Source of the DNA: an uncultured Mucilaginibacter sp.
GTDB lineage: Bacteria > Bacteroidota > Bacteroidia > Sphingobacteriales > Sphingobacteriaceae
Direction: 5' to 3'
Assembly (NCBI GenBank): GCA_964657275.1
Contig: CAZZUU010000001.1
Location: 55 to 64,054, forward strand
DNA: 64,000 nt
This document shows, in pieces, positions 39,282 through 49,466 of the stretch. Below the pieces are notes generated by a model. It was given only the letters and a program-made list of their open reading frames with translations. It was not told where the DNA came from and did no database searches. Made by a program: the position numbers and the translations under genes. Each line of letters opens with the position of its first letter. The stretch's first letter is position 1.

Positions 39282-40556
39282 TTATAATCCTGTCGCTACT
39301 GTTTTCTCGCCGCGCTCCTTTAGTAAACCCGACCGCACTTTTAAGCTGCGGAATAAAGAAACGGGATTTATTGCTCCACCTGCCCGAAGGCGCGCCTCGG
39401 CAAGCAGCGGGCGAACATCGGTACGATAGGCCGCCTGCAAAATTTCCTGCGCAAGCGTTACATCGTTTACCCGTTGCGCCTCTTTGAGTGCAGCGGTATC
39501 AATTAACAATGCCTGCGCATAAGCTATTTTTATGGCTTCTACTGATTGTAAAAGATCTTCTATCGGATCTTTTACATTATGTGATGCGTCGATCATCCAG
39601 CCGATGGAAGTGGCATGGTTCATCCCGCGTGCATCCATTCCTTCCACCAGTTCATTAAATATCAGGAATAATTGATACGGATTAATGCTCCCCACGGTAA
39701 GATCGTCATCACCGTATTTGGAGTCGTTAAAATGGAAACCAGCCAGTTTGCCTTCCATTAATAAAATCGATACAATCTGCTCAATATTGGTTCCGTTTAA
39801 GTGATGGCCCAAATCAACAAGGGTTTTGGCCTTGTTCCCCAATTTGGATGCCAGCAGGTATGATTGGCCCCAGTCGCCAATGGTAGTTGAATAAAAATTG
39901 GGTTCAAAGGGTTTGTACTCAACCCATACCTTCCAATCGTCAGGCAGGGCGGTGTAAATTTCCCGGAGGCTCTCCAACGTGTTTTGAAAAGCGTTTCGAA
40001 AATTCAACTGACCAGGAAAGTTAGAGCCATCGGATAGCCAAACCGACAATGCTGTTGAACCTAAATCAACACCGTATTTAATCACTTCTATATTATGCTC
40101 AATGGCCTGCTGGCGAACGGCTTTATCCACATGGTGCAACGAGCCGAACTTGTAACTCAATGCCTGGTCTTTCTGATCCTGGAACGTATTAGAATTTACA
40201 GCATCAAAATGCAGGCCAAGTGTTGCCGCATGCGCCTTTATCGACCGGGCATTTTCAGGGATATCCCACGGAATATGCAGCGAAATAGAATTGCTTGACT
40301 TGTTAAGGGCGTGTATAATGCCAACGTCGCTAATTTTCTCTTCCAGGCTTCGCGGCTCCCCACCGCCTGAGAAACGGCCAAAACGGGTGCCGCCTGTACC
40401 CAAAGCCCAACTTGGAATGGCTATTTGAAAATCAACCAGTTTTTGTACAACATCATTAACATCGCTTATTTGCGACGCGATATATTGAAAACTGCGCTCG
40501 TGGTTTTTAAGTACCGATTGGTTGTTTTCTTCTATTTTATATTTTTCAACTTGCAT
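39282..40556 (-). CDS. rhaI: L-rhamnose isomerase (RhaI type)
   Basis: PSWALGTGGTRF, HIPWD, DGSNFPG, EYKPFEP, DLGHH, FHFNDSKYGDDDL. Confidence 0.9.
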   Translation of the reverse strand: MQVEKYKIEENNQSVLKNHERSFQYIASQISDVNDVVQKLVDFQIAIPSWALGTGGTRFGRFSGGGEPRSLEEKISDVGIIHALNKSSNSISLHIPWDIPENARSIKAHAATLGLHFDAVNSNTFQDQKDQALSYKFGSLHHVDKAVRQQAIEHNIEVIKYGVDLGSTALSVWLSDGSNFPGQLNFRNAFQNTLESLREIYTALPDDWKVWVEYKPFEPNFYSTTIGDWGQSYLLASKLGNKAKTLVDLGHHLNGTNIEQIVSILLMEGKLAGFHFNDSKYGDDDLTVGSINPYQLFLIFNELVEGMDARGMNHATSIGWMIDASHNVKDPIEDLLQSVEAIKIAYAQALLIDTAALKEAQRVNDVTLAQEILQAAYRTDVRPLLAEARLRAGGAINPVSLFRSLKVRSGLLKERGEKTVATGL

Positions 40557-40590
40557 AGATGATCCTTACTAACAAATAACGATAAAAATA

Positions 40591-42711
40591 TTATCTCACA
40601 AAAGCGATAGCTACGCCGCCGTCTACGTTCAAAACATTGCCTGTTGATTTATTGAGCAACCCGCCGACTAAAGCAAAACAGGCATTTGCAATATCATCCG
40701 GCAAAATAACCTCGTTAAGCAGGGTCCGTTTCGCGTAATAGGCCGGTAATTCTTCAACGCTAACGCCATAGGCTTTCGCCCGGCCCGCAGCCCAGCCGCC
40801 TGCCCAAATATTGCTGTCGCTGATAACGGCATCAGGGTTTACTACGTTAACACGAATTTTATCGGCACCCAGTTCGGCCGCATTAAGCCTGCTCAGGTGT
40901 AGTTGAGCTGCTTTTGCACTGCCGTAACCAGCATTATTGGGGCCGCTTACCAGTGCATTTTTACTAACGATATTTATAATATCACCACCGGTTCCCTGTT
41001 TTTTCATGATTGCAGTGGTTGCCTGCGTAACCAAAAACTGGCCCTTTACCAATACGTCATAAAGCAAATCCCAATCTGCTTCGGTATGGTCTTCAATGCT
41101 TTTTGATATGGATAGCCCTGCGTTGTTTACAATCAAATCAACCCCGCCGAAAGCCAAAATAGCTGTAGCTATCGCCCCCTGTATTTGTTTTGCGTCGGTA
41201 ACATTAAGCGGCGCAGTAGCATAGGCGTCTTTACCGAACAACTTTTTAAAATCTTCACCTGCTCCCGTCAAGCGGTCCTCGTTCATATCGTTCAATACCA
41301 CTACGGCGCCTTCTTCCACAAACTTTTTGGCAATGGCCTTACCAATACCACCCGCGCTGCCGGTTATTAAAGCAATACGCCCGGATAACGCCTTCGGCTT
41401 AGGCATACGCTGTAATTTTGCTTCTTCCAGCAGCCAATATTCAATGTTAAAAGCTTCCTGCCTCGGAAGTGAAGTGTACTCAGATATTGCTTCCGCGCCT
41501 TTCATCACGTTAATAGCGTTGATGTAAAATTCGGCGGCTACACGCGCTGTTTGCTTATCCTTTGCAAAGGTGAACATACCTACGCCAGGGTATAATATTA
41601 CCACGGGATTGGCATCACGGATGGCCGGGCTGTTAGCATGTTTGCAGGAATTATAGTAATCCGTGTACATGTTACGGTAAGCTTCAAACGCAGGCGCAAG
41701 CTTTTCCTTTAATACGGATGGATCCGATAGATCTTCGCCAGGTTTAAGCGTTAAAACCAGCGGGCTTATTTTTGTTCTTAAAAAGTGATCGGGGCAACTT
41801 GTTCCGAGCGGTGCAAGCCGGTCGAGATCATTCGAATTAATAAACTCCAATACCCGCTTATCGTCGGTAAAGTGGCCTATCATACGGATTTCTGACGAAC
41901 AGAACCCACGCAATACAGGCGCCAGTGCTACAGCCTGTTTTTTACGATCGGATTCAGCAAGGCTCTGCAATTTTTCACCACCAAAAACGGGGGCCCTTTT
42001 GCCATAATTTTTCTCCAGGTATTCGGCGCATTGTTCTATTACTTCAAGTGTATTAATATAGCTTTCATATGCGGTGTCGCCCCAGGTAAACAGGCCGTGC
42101 GACCCCAGCATTATACCCCGTATGCCCGGGTTATTATCAAGGCATTCCTTAAGCTTTAATCCCAGGTCAAAACCCGGCCGCTGCCACTCAACCCAACCAA
42201 TGGTTCCGCCAAAAAGCTCCTCGGTTATTTTTTTTCCGTCTTTTGCCGCAGCGATAGCAATAGCTGCGTCGGGGTGCAAATGGTCGATATGTTTAAATGG
42301 CAAAAAACCATGCAGTGGCGTATCTATTGAAGGTGCTTTTGAATTCAGATCAAAAATACTGTGGTTAAATAACTCTACCATTTCGTCTTCGTGTTCAATC
42401 CCCCTGTACACATTAGTCAAGCTCCTTAACCGGTCGATATATAAGGCAGCAAGCCCGCTCTTTTTAAGTGTCCCGATATCCCCTCCCGAACCTTTTATCC
42501 ACATCACTTCAACATCCTTCCCCGTTAGCGGGTCTTTTGCTGTTGTTTTGCACGATGTATTTCCCCCACCATAATTGGTAAGCCGGAGATCGGCCCCCAA
42601 TAAGTTTGAACGGTATATCAATAAAGCTACTTCATCCCCGGCAAGTTGGGCTGCTTTTGCGTCGTCCCACAGGTAGCTAACATGTTTAAATTGTGTAGTA
42701 TTAACAGACAT
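40591..42711 (-). CDS. rhaD: Bifunctional rhamnulose-1-phosphate aldolase/lactaldehyde dehydrogenase (RhaEW type)
   Basis: GGGNTSCK, PSIDTPLH, HLHPD, CPDHFLRTK, EYWLLEEAKL, then SDR domain TGSAGGIG..YGSAK. Confidence 0.93.
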   Translation of the reverse strand: MSVNTTQFKHVSYLWDDAKAAQLAGDEVALLIYRSNLLGADLRLTNYGGGNTSCKTTAKDPLTGKDVEVMWIKGSGGDIGTLKKSGLAALYIDRLRSLTNVYRGIEHEDEMVELFNHSIFDLNSKAPSIDTPLHGFLPFKHIDHLHPDAAIAIAAAKDGKKITEELFGGTIGWVEWQRPGFDLGLKLKECLDNNPGIRGIMLGSHGLFTWGDTAYESYINTLEVIEQCAEYLEKNYGKRAPVFGGEKLQSLAESDRKKQAVALAPVLRGFCSSEIRMIGHFTDDKRVLEFINSNDLDRLAPLGTSCPDHFLRTKISPLVLTLKPGEDLSDPSVLKEKLAPAFEAYRNMYTDYYNSCKHANSPAIRDANPVVILYPGVGMFTFAKDKQTARVAAEFYINAINVMKGAEAISEYTSLPRQEAFNIEYWLLEEAKLQRMPKPKALSGRIALITGSAGGIGKAIAKKFVEEGAVVVLNDMNEDRLTGAGEDFKKLFGKDAYATAPLNVTDAKQIQGAIATAILAFGGVDLIVNNAGLSISKSIEDHTEADWDLLYDVLVKGQFLVTQATTAIMKKQGTGGDIINIVSKNALVSGPNNAGYGSAKAAQLHLSRLNAAELGADKIRVNVVNPDAVISDSNIWAGGWAAGRAKAYGVSVEELPAYYAKRTLLNEVILPDDIANACFALVGGLLNKSTGNVLNVDGGVAIAFVR

Positions 42712-42729
42712 ATAATAAATTTAGAAATA

Positions 42730-43812
42730 TTAAGGTTTTATAGAATTACCGTAACCCACTATTATTACGGATAAGATGATAGTGGCAATCCCGATAATTA
42801 AAGTTGTAAAAGTTTTACGGCTAACGCCTTTCCATTCTTTTAATAAAATACCCCACATGTTTGCTATCAGGATAATAAATGCCATGTGCAGTATCCATGA
42901 GCTTGCGCCGTTACCCAGCCTGCTTTCGCCCATGCCATAAAAAAAGAACTGCAAAAACCAGGTTGTACCTGCCAGTGCCGAAAACAAATAATTTTTTATT
43001 AATGGTGTTTTAGCGTTAGTATAGTCTCCAAATGTCTTATTCCGGGTGTTGAGCACCATACACCATATAAAATTAGTGGTTAATCCACCAAGAAGTATCA
43101 CAACGTATGTAACATTGTTCTGAAAAAGGAAATTTCCTTGCTGAGGGTGAACCGCTTTCCATAAATTATTGGCCTCATTAGCCATATCCTTTCCGGCATC
43201 GATCCCGAAAGCAAAACAAGCACTTAAAATACCGGAGACTATAGCTACAAAAATGCCGAGGCCAAACCGGTACTCGGTGTTATTAACTGCAACTTCGCGG
43301 TCTTTCGATAATTCGCTCTCCTTTAAAACACCGGCCTTGCCGCAAATAATGATGCCGATGATACAAACCAATATGCCGGCCAGTACACATTGCCCCCAAT
43401 GGGCGGTTGCAAGGGTAGAAATGGTATCTTTTCCGGCTTTAGGATAAAACTGGTAATAAAGCGACGGAATGATAGCGCCAAATACGGAACATAGCCCTAA
43501 AATAATAGAACTGCCTAAAGCAACGCCCAAATATCTTACACCCAGGCCATAAGTTAAGCCGCCGATACCCCAAAGCACTCCAAAAATATAAGTGGCCATC
43601 AGTACAGAGTGACTAGCATGGCTGATAATGGTGGTAAAGCCGGGTATGGTAAGCCATGCCGCCAATGGCGGAACAATGAGCCATGAAAAAATACCGCCAA
43701 CTATCCAAAAACTCTCCCAGGCCCACCCCTTAACTTTTTTGTAGGGAATATAAAAACTACCGGAAGCAAACCCTCCAATAAAATGGAAAATAACACCAAA
43801 AATAACCTGCAT
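42730..43812 (-). CDS. rhaT: L-rhamnose/proton symporter
   Basis: SGSFYIPYKKVKGWAWE, LWGIGGLTYGLGVRYLG, WFLQFFFYGMG; ~10 TM helices. Confidence 0.95.
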   Translation of the reverse strand: MQVIFGVIFHFIGGFASGSFYIPYKKVKGWAWESFWIVGGIFSWLIVPPLAAWLTIPGFTTIISHASHSVLMATYIFGVLWGIGGLTYGLGVRYLGVALGSSIILGLCSVFGAIIPSLYYQFYPKAGKDTISTLATAHWGQCVLAGILVCIIGIIICGKAGVLKESELSKDREVAVNNTEYRFGLGIFVAIVSGILSACFAFGIDAGKDMANEANNLWKAVHPQQGNFLFQNNVTYVVILLGGLTTNFIWCMVLNTRNKTFGDYTNAKTPLIKNYLFSALAGTTWFLQFFFYGMGESRLGNGASSWILHMAFIILIANMWGILLKEWKGVSRKTFTTLIIGIATIILSVIIVGYGNSIKP

Positions 43813-43872
43813 TTAATTGTTCGGTTTACGTTGTAAATAGAAAATAAAAGTAGAAAAGCTGAACTATAAGCC

Positions 43873-43889
43873 CATCATGTACTGTCATG
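43873..43889 (-). promoter_or_regulatory. Candidate GntR operator site 3 (divergent rhaT/gntR promoter)
   Basis: catcatgtactgtcatg matches the motif. Confidence 0.6.
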
Positions 43890-43946
43890 CCCCTTTTCGG
43901 AATAATAGTGGTATTTTTATAATTTAGATGAATACCAGTTATAACC

Positions 43947-44978
43947 ATGAAAACGCCTTCTTTTTTAGAATATATTGATATTGACTATTACTCGTCGACA
44001 CCTAAATATTTGCAATTAGCAAATTCTATTGTCAAAGGGGTAAGGGATAACAAGTTGAGTAAGAACGACAACTTGCCATCTATTAACGAACTTAACTATA
44101 ATTTTGAAATATCAAGAGATACCGCAGAAAAAGCTTACAAGTATTTGAAGTCCATCGGGATATTGGGTTCTGTTCCCGGTAAAGGGTATTATATAAAAAA
44201 TACAGAGGCGGCGCAAAAGTTTAAGGTGTTTCTGCTGTTTAATAAGCTAAGTACGCACAAAAAGATTATCTACGACGCCATAGTTGCCGGGCTCGGCGAC
44301 CAGGCCGCCATTGACTTTTACATCTATAACAATGATTTTTCGCTGTTTAAAAAACTACTGACCAATCAAAGCGAAGATTATACGCATTATGTTATTATTT
44401 CACACTTTTTAGAAGGCGGCGAAGGAGCAGATGAGATCATCAACACCCTGCCGAAAGATAAATTGATTTTGCTGGATAAACTAATACCGGGTGTTATGGG
44501 TGAATACGCAGCCGTTTATGAGAACTTTGAAAAGGATATTTTTAATGCGCTTGAGCAGGCTTTGCCGCAATTGAGCAAGTACAATACTATCAAGATAGTG
44601 TTCCCCGAGACGAGTTACTACCCTAAAGAAATATTAAAAGGCTTTTCGGCTTTTTGCATGCAATATGCTTTTAACTATAAAATGGTGCATGATATAGAAA
44701 CCGAGCCCATTAATGACGGCGAGGTATATATCACCCTGATGGAAAATGACGTGGTGGTTTTAATAGAAAGGATACTCACCACGAATTTGAAAGTTGGAAA
44801 AGATGTAGGCGTAATATCATACAATGAAACCCCGTTGAAAAAGATCATTTTGGATGGGCTCACCACCATCTCTACTGATTTTCAAAAAATGGGGGAAAGC
44901 GTTGCCGCAACTATTATCGAGAATAAAAGACAACACGAGGAAAACCCATTTTATTTGACGCTCAGATCTTCACTATAG
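43947..44978 (+). CDS. GntR family regulator with periplasmic-binding-protein-like sensor domain (FucR-like); probable rhamnose regulator
   Basis: PKYLQLA..LPSINEL..ISRDTAEKAY..PGKGYY wHTH; C-terminal DVGVISYNETPLK..LTTISTDF; divergent from rhaT. Confidence 0.9.
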   Translation: MKTPSFLEYIDIDYYSSTPKYLQLANSIVKGVRDNKLSKNDNLPSINELNYNFEISRDTAEKAYKYLKSIGILGSVPGKGYYIKNTEAAQKFKVFLLFNKLSTHKKIIYDAIVAGLGDQAAIDFYIYNNDFSLFKKLLTNQSEDYTHYVIISHFLEGGEGADEIINTLPKDKLILLDKLIPGVMGEYAAVYENFEKDIFNALEQALPQLSKYNTIKIVFPETSYYPKEILKGFSAFCMQYAFNYKMVHDIETEPINDGEVYITLMENDVVVLIERILTTNLKVGKDVGVISYNETPLKKIILDGLTTISTDFQKMGESVAATIIENKRQHEENPFYLTLRSSL

Positions 44979-44985
44979 CCGGGGT

Positions 44986-46143
44986 TTATTTGCTTAGCTT
45001 ATAAAGTTCGCTCCCGGCCAGCAGGAAACACCCCAAACCATAGTCTTCAAAGTCAGGAATGTGGGTGTATGATACCGGCTGACTGTCTTTTGGTTCCTTG
45101 CCGGTTCCCTGCACATATCCTAAAAAGCCTTCGGGATGAAGCGAATATTTTACCAGCGCGGCCCAGGCTTTTGCGATGATTGGCTGATATTCCTTTTTGC
45201 TTAACAGCCCATTGTTTATGCCCCATGCCATCCCGTAAATAAACAGCGATGTGCCTGTGAGTTCTTTACCGCCAAAATGCGTACTGTCTTTCAGGCTTAC
45301 GTTCCAATAGCCGTCTTCCCGCTGCAGCGGAGCGATTGCTTTTGCCATTTCAAGATAGGTTTTTAAATATTCGTCGCGGTGCGGTGCGTTTTTGGAGATG
45401 GTTGATAATGTGCGCACCAGCGCCGCAAACACCCACCCATTTCCCCGCGACCAATAACAATTAGCACCATTCGGTTCTTTATACGGCGGAACAAAGCTTT
45501 TGTCGCGCCACCATAAATGTTCGGTGGTATTATATAACCCGCCGCCCTCAACCGTTTTGGTATGGTTATACATTTGGTACATGCGCTCGTAATATTTGTC
45601 GTCATTATAAATCAGCCCCAATTTTGCGTATACGGGCATTGCCATTTGCAGTGCGTCGACCCATGTCCAGTCGTCAATTTTATCGCTGTTTACCATCCGG
45701 TCAATACATTGTTTAATTTTTTCTGCATATTCCGGCTTGGGATCAATTTGATAAAGATCTAAATAGGTTTGCCCGCAGCACTGGTTATCGGCATTACGGG
45801 TAGTGACTGAATCCCTCGGCGACCACTGGTGTTTCTCGCTCCAGTCAAACGCATAATCGTAATATTTCTTTTGCGGATCGACGGCATACATCGCCATTAA
45901 GCCTTCGTAATAAACCGCCCTTGTCCACAAATTGCTGGTGCGGGTTATGGGTTTGCCATTTGCGCCCTTAACGGTTACCGTTGCTCCCGCATCGGGCCAC
46001 TTTTGCGTAAAATAATTGTTTGCCAACTGCATAGCATCAATTATTTTTTTCTTTGAGGGAAGGTGCTGGGCATTAGCATATGTACTAAATGCGGCCAAAA
46101 CAACTATAGCAACGCTTTTAAAAAATGATGATGACTTATTCAT
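44986..46143 (-). CDS. GH105 (GH88/105) unsaturated rhamnogalacturonyl hydrolase
   Basis: NADNQCCG, WTWVDALQMA, WSRGNGW, ELTGTS. Confidence 0.9.
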   Translation of the reverse strand: MNKSSSFFKSVAIVVLAAFSTYANAQHLPSKKKIIDAMQLANNYFTQKWPDAGATVTVKGANGKPITRTSNLWTRAVYYEGLMAMYAVDPQKKYYDYAFDWSEKHQWSPRDSVTTRNADNQCCGQTYLDLYQIDPKPEYAEKIKQCIDRMVNSDKIDDWTWVDALQMAMPVYAKLGLIYNDDKYYERMYQMYNHTKTVEGGGLYNTTEHLWWRDKSFVPPYKEPNGANCYWSRGNGWVFAALVRTLSTISKNAPHRDEYLKTYLEMAKAIAPLQREDGYWNVSLKDSTHFGGKELTGTSLFIYGMAWGINNGLLSKKEYQPIIAKAWAALVKYSLHPEGFLGYVQGTGKEPKDSQPVSYTHIPDFEDYGLGCFLLAGSELYKLSK

Positions 46144-46210
46144 AATCCAATTTATACTTTTTATATTTCTCTATTTCATGAATGCCCGTCAAGGATGCTT
46201 AATCCTGTTA

Positions 46211-48358
46211 TCAGGGCATTTTTTGCAGGCCTTCCCACTTCACCTTCCATTTACCATCTTTCGGAAAACCGGGGTTTGTAATTTTGCAGCCATCCCACCC
46301 GGCACACATCATGGCAACTGCAGCTAATAAACCACCATTGCCGGGCAAATATAAACGCAAACGTTTATCCTGGTAATTATGCCCGTTGGGTAAATAAGTG
46401 TTGGTTTGAACCGGCATAAACAAGGCATCTATAGCCTTATCGGGCATACCCAAACGCGTTGCCGCCATCGCGGTCATCGGGAAATCCCAGCCCCAGGTAG
46501 CATTCCAGGCCCATACGTTCCAAATAAGGTTAAACGTTTTTTTCATTACCGCCGTATCCAGTTTATCAACGTAGGGGAGCATGCCGTAGGCGCCTAAAAC
46601 CGAAGGATGATCTGTTTTTAACCGGGGATTAGTATAAGCATCAGGCGAGCTTTCAGTAGTTAAATAAACCCCATCTTTTTGAGGCAATGCCGATAGTTTC
46701 TTCAGCACAAGTGCGTATTTTTTATTATCGGACAAACCCAAACGCCTGCGCCACTTTTGCGCCGTGGTTAGTGCCCATCGCCAATATTGCAATTCATAAG
46801 TTGGATTAAAAGTCTCTTCGGGATTATAGCGCTCCTGTGCAGGAATAACACCTTTTCCCAAAATATAGCGATCGCGTTCTTTGTCGTAACACGGGTACGA
46901 TGCCATAAAATCAGCTGTAGCCAAAACAAGGTTTTTATATTTATCAAGCGTTTGCTTATTGCGATGGGCCCGGTAAGCCAATTCGGCAAAATAAATAAAA
47001 TGCGGTTGTTGCCATATCAAAAAGGCCCCTACTGATGACGGGCTTTCGTTTCCTTCCGGGTCGGTCATTTTTTGCCATCGAACGCCTTCGTATCCCTGCC
47101 TTCGCGCGATTTCGCGCGATTTGTTTTTTACATGCCGGTACCAGGCCATGCTGTTTTCCAACAATTGCGGGCGGCCCCAAAGCGCAAAATGAACGCCGTG
47201 CCACCAATGCATTTCCAAATGCGGCTTTCCGTACCAGCTATTATAAGTTAACCCGGTTTCCTGCGGGGGATATGATCCTGAGCATTGTATTTTGGTGAGG
47301 TATTGCGATAAAACCACCCGTCGTTCTAACTCAAACGCACGCGCATCCGTACTTCCGCTAAAATCAATTGCTCCGCCGCTTAACCAAAAGGCTATCCACT
47401 GTTGTATATTATTTAACCGGGCCGCTTCAAAGTTAGGCATTGCTCCCTTACTTTCTTTTTGTGAGAAAAGGAATGTAAGTGCCAGTTCGTCGGATTTCCC
47501 TTTGGGGGATAAAATAAATTGATGTGCCGTTTTGTTTTCAACAGATACTGCTTGCTGCTGATTGATAGCAACAAAATATTTAGTGGTATCTAATTGACGC
47601 TTGATAACCAAATTAGCTTTGTTTTGTGAAACTATAGACGACGAATGTTTCTGCAGACTTTCCCAATTATCCCCCTCATCGGCAAATTCGTTTGTGGGGT
47701 AGGGAAAACGAATCCGTATTTTTAATCTTCCTTCGGTCAATAGTTTTGATTTTACCTTAACGGCGATCATATCTAAACCTTGTTGGGCGCAGGTTTGCAC
47801 GCTAACCGCTTCGCCATCAAAAGTAAAATAGCTGTTTATCAGGCCGGTCCACAGGTCCAACTCCTGGCGGATGTTTTTTATATCCTCAATTCTACCCTCT
47901 GAGCCATCTCTATGCAACAACAAAAAGCCCAGGTTGCCTAATTGCAAGCGATGGACATTTTGCCTGAACCAGTTTGCTGCATCTTTATTCCGTTTCGGGC
48001 TGTTCCATTGCACGGCGTAACTTACTTTTCGTCCGTTAAGGTCATAAGTTTTTAATGATTCTTCAAACTTGTAACCGACAGTATCCTTAAAGCTATGCCA
48101 GCCCCATTCAGATTCTGTTCCCAGCGGAATGCCTTTGTCATAATGTTCAGGAAAGCTTTGCAGGCCAGTCGCGTCAACAGTAAACGCAAAACGGCCATTG
48201 CCAACGGATAACGACGATAATGAATCAGTAGAACGGTTCACAACGTTATGCCTTTTTACCAGCACTTCCCGGTCAATCTTCGCCTGGCTGTTTGTAACAG
48301 TGGGCAATAAAAAGAATATCCAAAAGTACGGCAACAACTTTTTCATAGAAGTCTCCAT
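46211..48358 (-). CDS. Secreted uncharacterized six-hairpin glycosidase-like protein
   Basis: Signal peptide; SLSVGNG, PPQETGLTYNSWYGKPHLEM, LIWQQPH, IPAQE, WGWDFP, YLPGNGG resemble GH65/GH95-like (alpha/alpha)6 enzymes. Confidence 0.7.
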   Translation of the reverse strand: METSMKKLLPYFWIFFLLPTVTNSQAKIDREVLVKRHNVVNRSTDSLSSLSVGNGRFAFTVDATGLQSFPEHYDKGIPLGTESEWGWHSFKDTVGYKFEESLKTYDLNGRKVSYAVQWNSPKRNKDAANWFRQNVHRLQLGNLGFLLLHRDGSEGRIEDIKNIRQELDLWTGLINSYFTFDGEAVSVQTCAQQGLDMIAVKVKSKLLTEGRLKIRIRFPYPTNEFADEGDNWESLQKHSSSIVSQNKANLVIKRQLDTTKYFVAINQQQAVSVENKTAHQFILSPKGKSDELALTFLFSQKESKGAMPNFEAARLNNIQQWIAFWLSGGAIDFSGSTDARAFELERRVVLSQYLTKIQCSGSYPPQETGLTYNSWYGKPHLEMHWWHGVHFALWGRPQLLENSMAWYRHVKNKSREIARRQGYEGVRWQKMTDPEGNESPSSVGAFLIWQQPHFIYFAELAYRAHRNKQTLDKYKNLVLATADFMASYPCYDKERDRYILGKGVIPAQERYNPEETFNPTYELQYWRWALTTAQKWRRRLGLSDNKKYALVLKKLSALPQKDGVYLTTESSPDAYTNPRLKTDHPSVLGAYGMLPYVDKLDTAVMKKTFNLIWNVWAWNATWGWDFPMTAMAATRLGMPDKAIDALFMPVQTNTYLPNGHNYQDKRLRLYLPGNGGLLAAVAMMCAGWDGCKITNPGFPKDGKWKVKWEGLQKMP

Positions 48359-49434
48359 TAAGAAACTATTTTAAAAACAAAGGGAGACGACGTCATATAC
48401 TTACCGCCTTGCGACGCGGTAAATAAATAACCCGGCTTGCCGTCCTGAAATAAAATCTGCGGCCTTTCAAAGCGACCGTATTTGCTGAGGTATTTTGGCG
48501 GAGGCGGTTGATTAATATGATAATAATCGGCATTAAAATATCCGATCTGAGGTTCGTTCCAGTTGATACCATTTTGCGACTCCATATACAAACCATACTG
48601 ATGATTAAATACGCCCATATCCCTGGCGAGCATTTTAAACCCGGCTTTATCCATCCATACAAACCCGTCTTCCAATTGCGTGTTATTGCCACGTTTTGAA
48701 AAGTCGATAATAGGATTGCCGGCGTATTTAATATACGGGCCTTCCAGCTTATCAGCGATTGCCAAGCCATATTTTCTGTTTCCTTTTACCAGCGGGTCTG
48801 TTGAATTTTCATATTCGCTGGTATTCCACGATTTGTAGTATAACCAATACCGGCCATCGGGGTGTTTTATAAAAGAAGGATTGGTGGTACAATGATCGTC
48901 CCAGGCACCCTGCTGTCCGGGTAGTAGCAGCGGAGCCGCCGGCCGCTCCCACGGCCCGTCCAATGAATCGGCTGTAGCCAATCCTATCCGCTTGGTATTT
49001 GTTTTCCCGTTGGAGTTGCCCATAAAAAACAAACAATATTTGCCGTCGACCTTTTTTATAGAAGGGTTATGACAAGTGGTGGCATCCCAAAAACCGGGGC
49101 CACGGGGCGCTAAGATGGTTTCAATAAATTTAAATTCACTTTCTGGTGTTTCCGCTACGGCGTGGCAAATTTCGGAGCCATTTATCCAGCCCCCCATTTT
49201 CTTTGATGCGACCCAACGCGAGAAAAAGAGATGTATCTGTTTATCCGGGCCTTCTATCGGGCTGTTGCACCAAACATAATAACCATCCATCTCAAGTGCA
49301 CGGCCAAGGGGTTTAAGCCGTTTGGCAAAATCGGAAATATGATCATCATCAGTATTGAATGCAAATGCCTGATAAGGTGCCAATGCAGCCATTGAAGCAA
49401 CAGTTAACTGTTTAATAAAACCACGTCTTTCCAT
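48358..49434 (-). CDS. Five-bladed beta-propeller glycoside hydrolase (GH43-like superfamily) with twin-arginine-like signal
   Basis: MERRGFIKQ; YYVWC, CHNPSI, GLATADSLDGPW, TNPS, LEDGFVW, RFERPQ. Confidence 0.75.
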   Translation of the reverse strand: MERRGFIKQLTVASMAALAPYQAFAFNTDDDHISDFAKRLKPLGRALEMDGYYVWCNSPIEGPDKQIHLFFSRWVASKKMGGWINGSEICHAVAETPESEFKFIETILAPRGPGFWDATTCHNPSIKKVDGKYCLFFMGNSNGKTNTKRIGLATADSLDGPWERPAAPLLLPGQQGAWDDHCTTNPSFIKHPDGRYWLYYKSWNTSEYENSTDPLVKGNRKYGLAIADKLEGPYIKYAGNPIIDFSKRGNNTQLEDGFVWMDKAGFKMLARDMGVFNHQYGLYMESQNGINWNEPQIGYFNADYYHINQPPPPKYLSKYGRFERPQILFQDGKPGYLFTASQGGKYMTSSPFVFKIVS

Positions 49435-49466
49435 GTGATATCTATTTCACTCGCGTTTTGACACAA

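Noticed and set aside
46181-46220. Imperfect hairpin aatgccc..gggcatt overlapping the end of the six-hairpin gene
   Set aside because: Weak, bulged stem without a convincing U-tract; not called as a terminator
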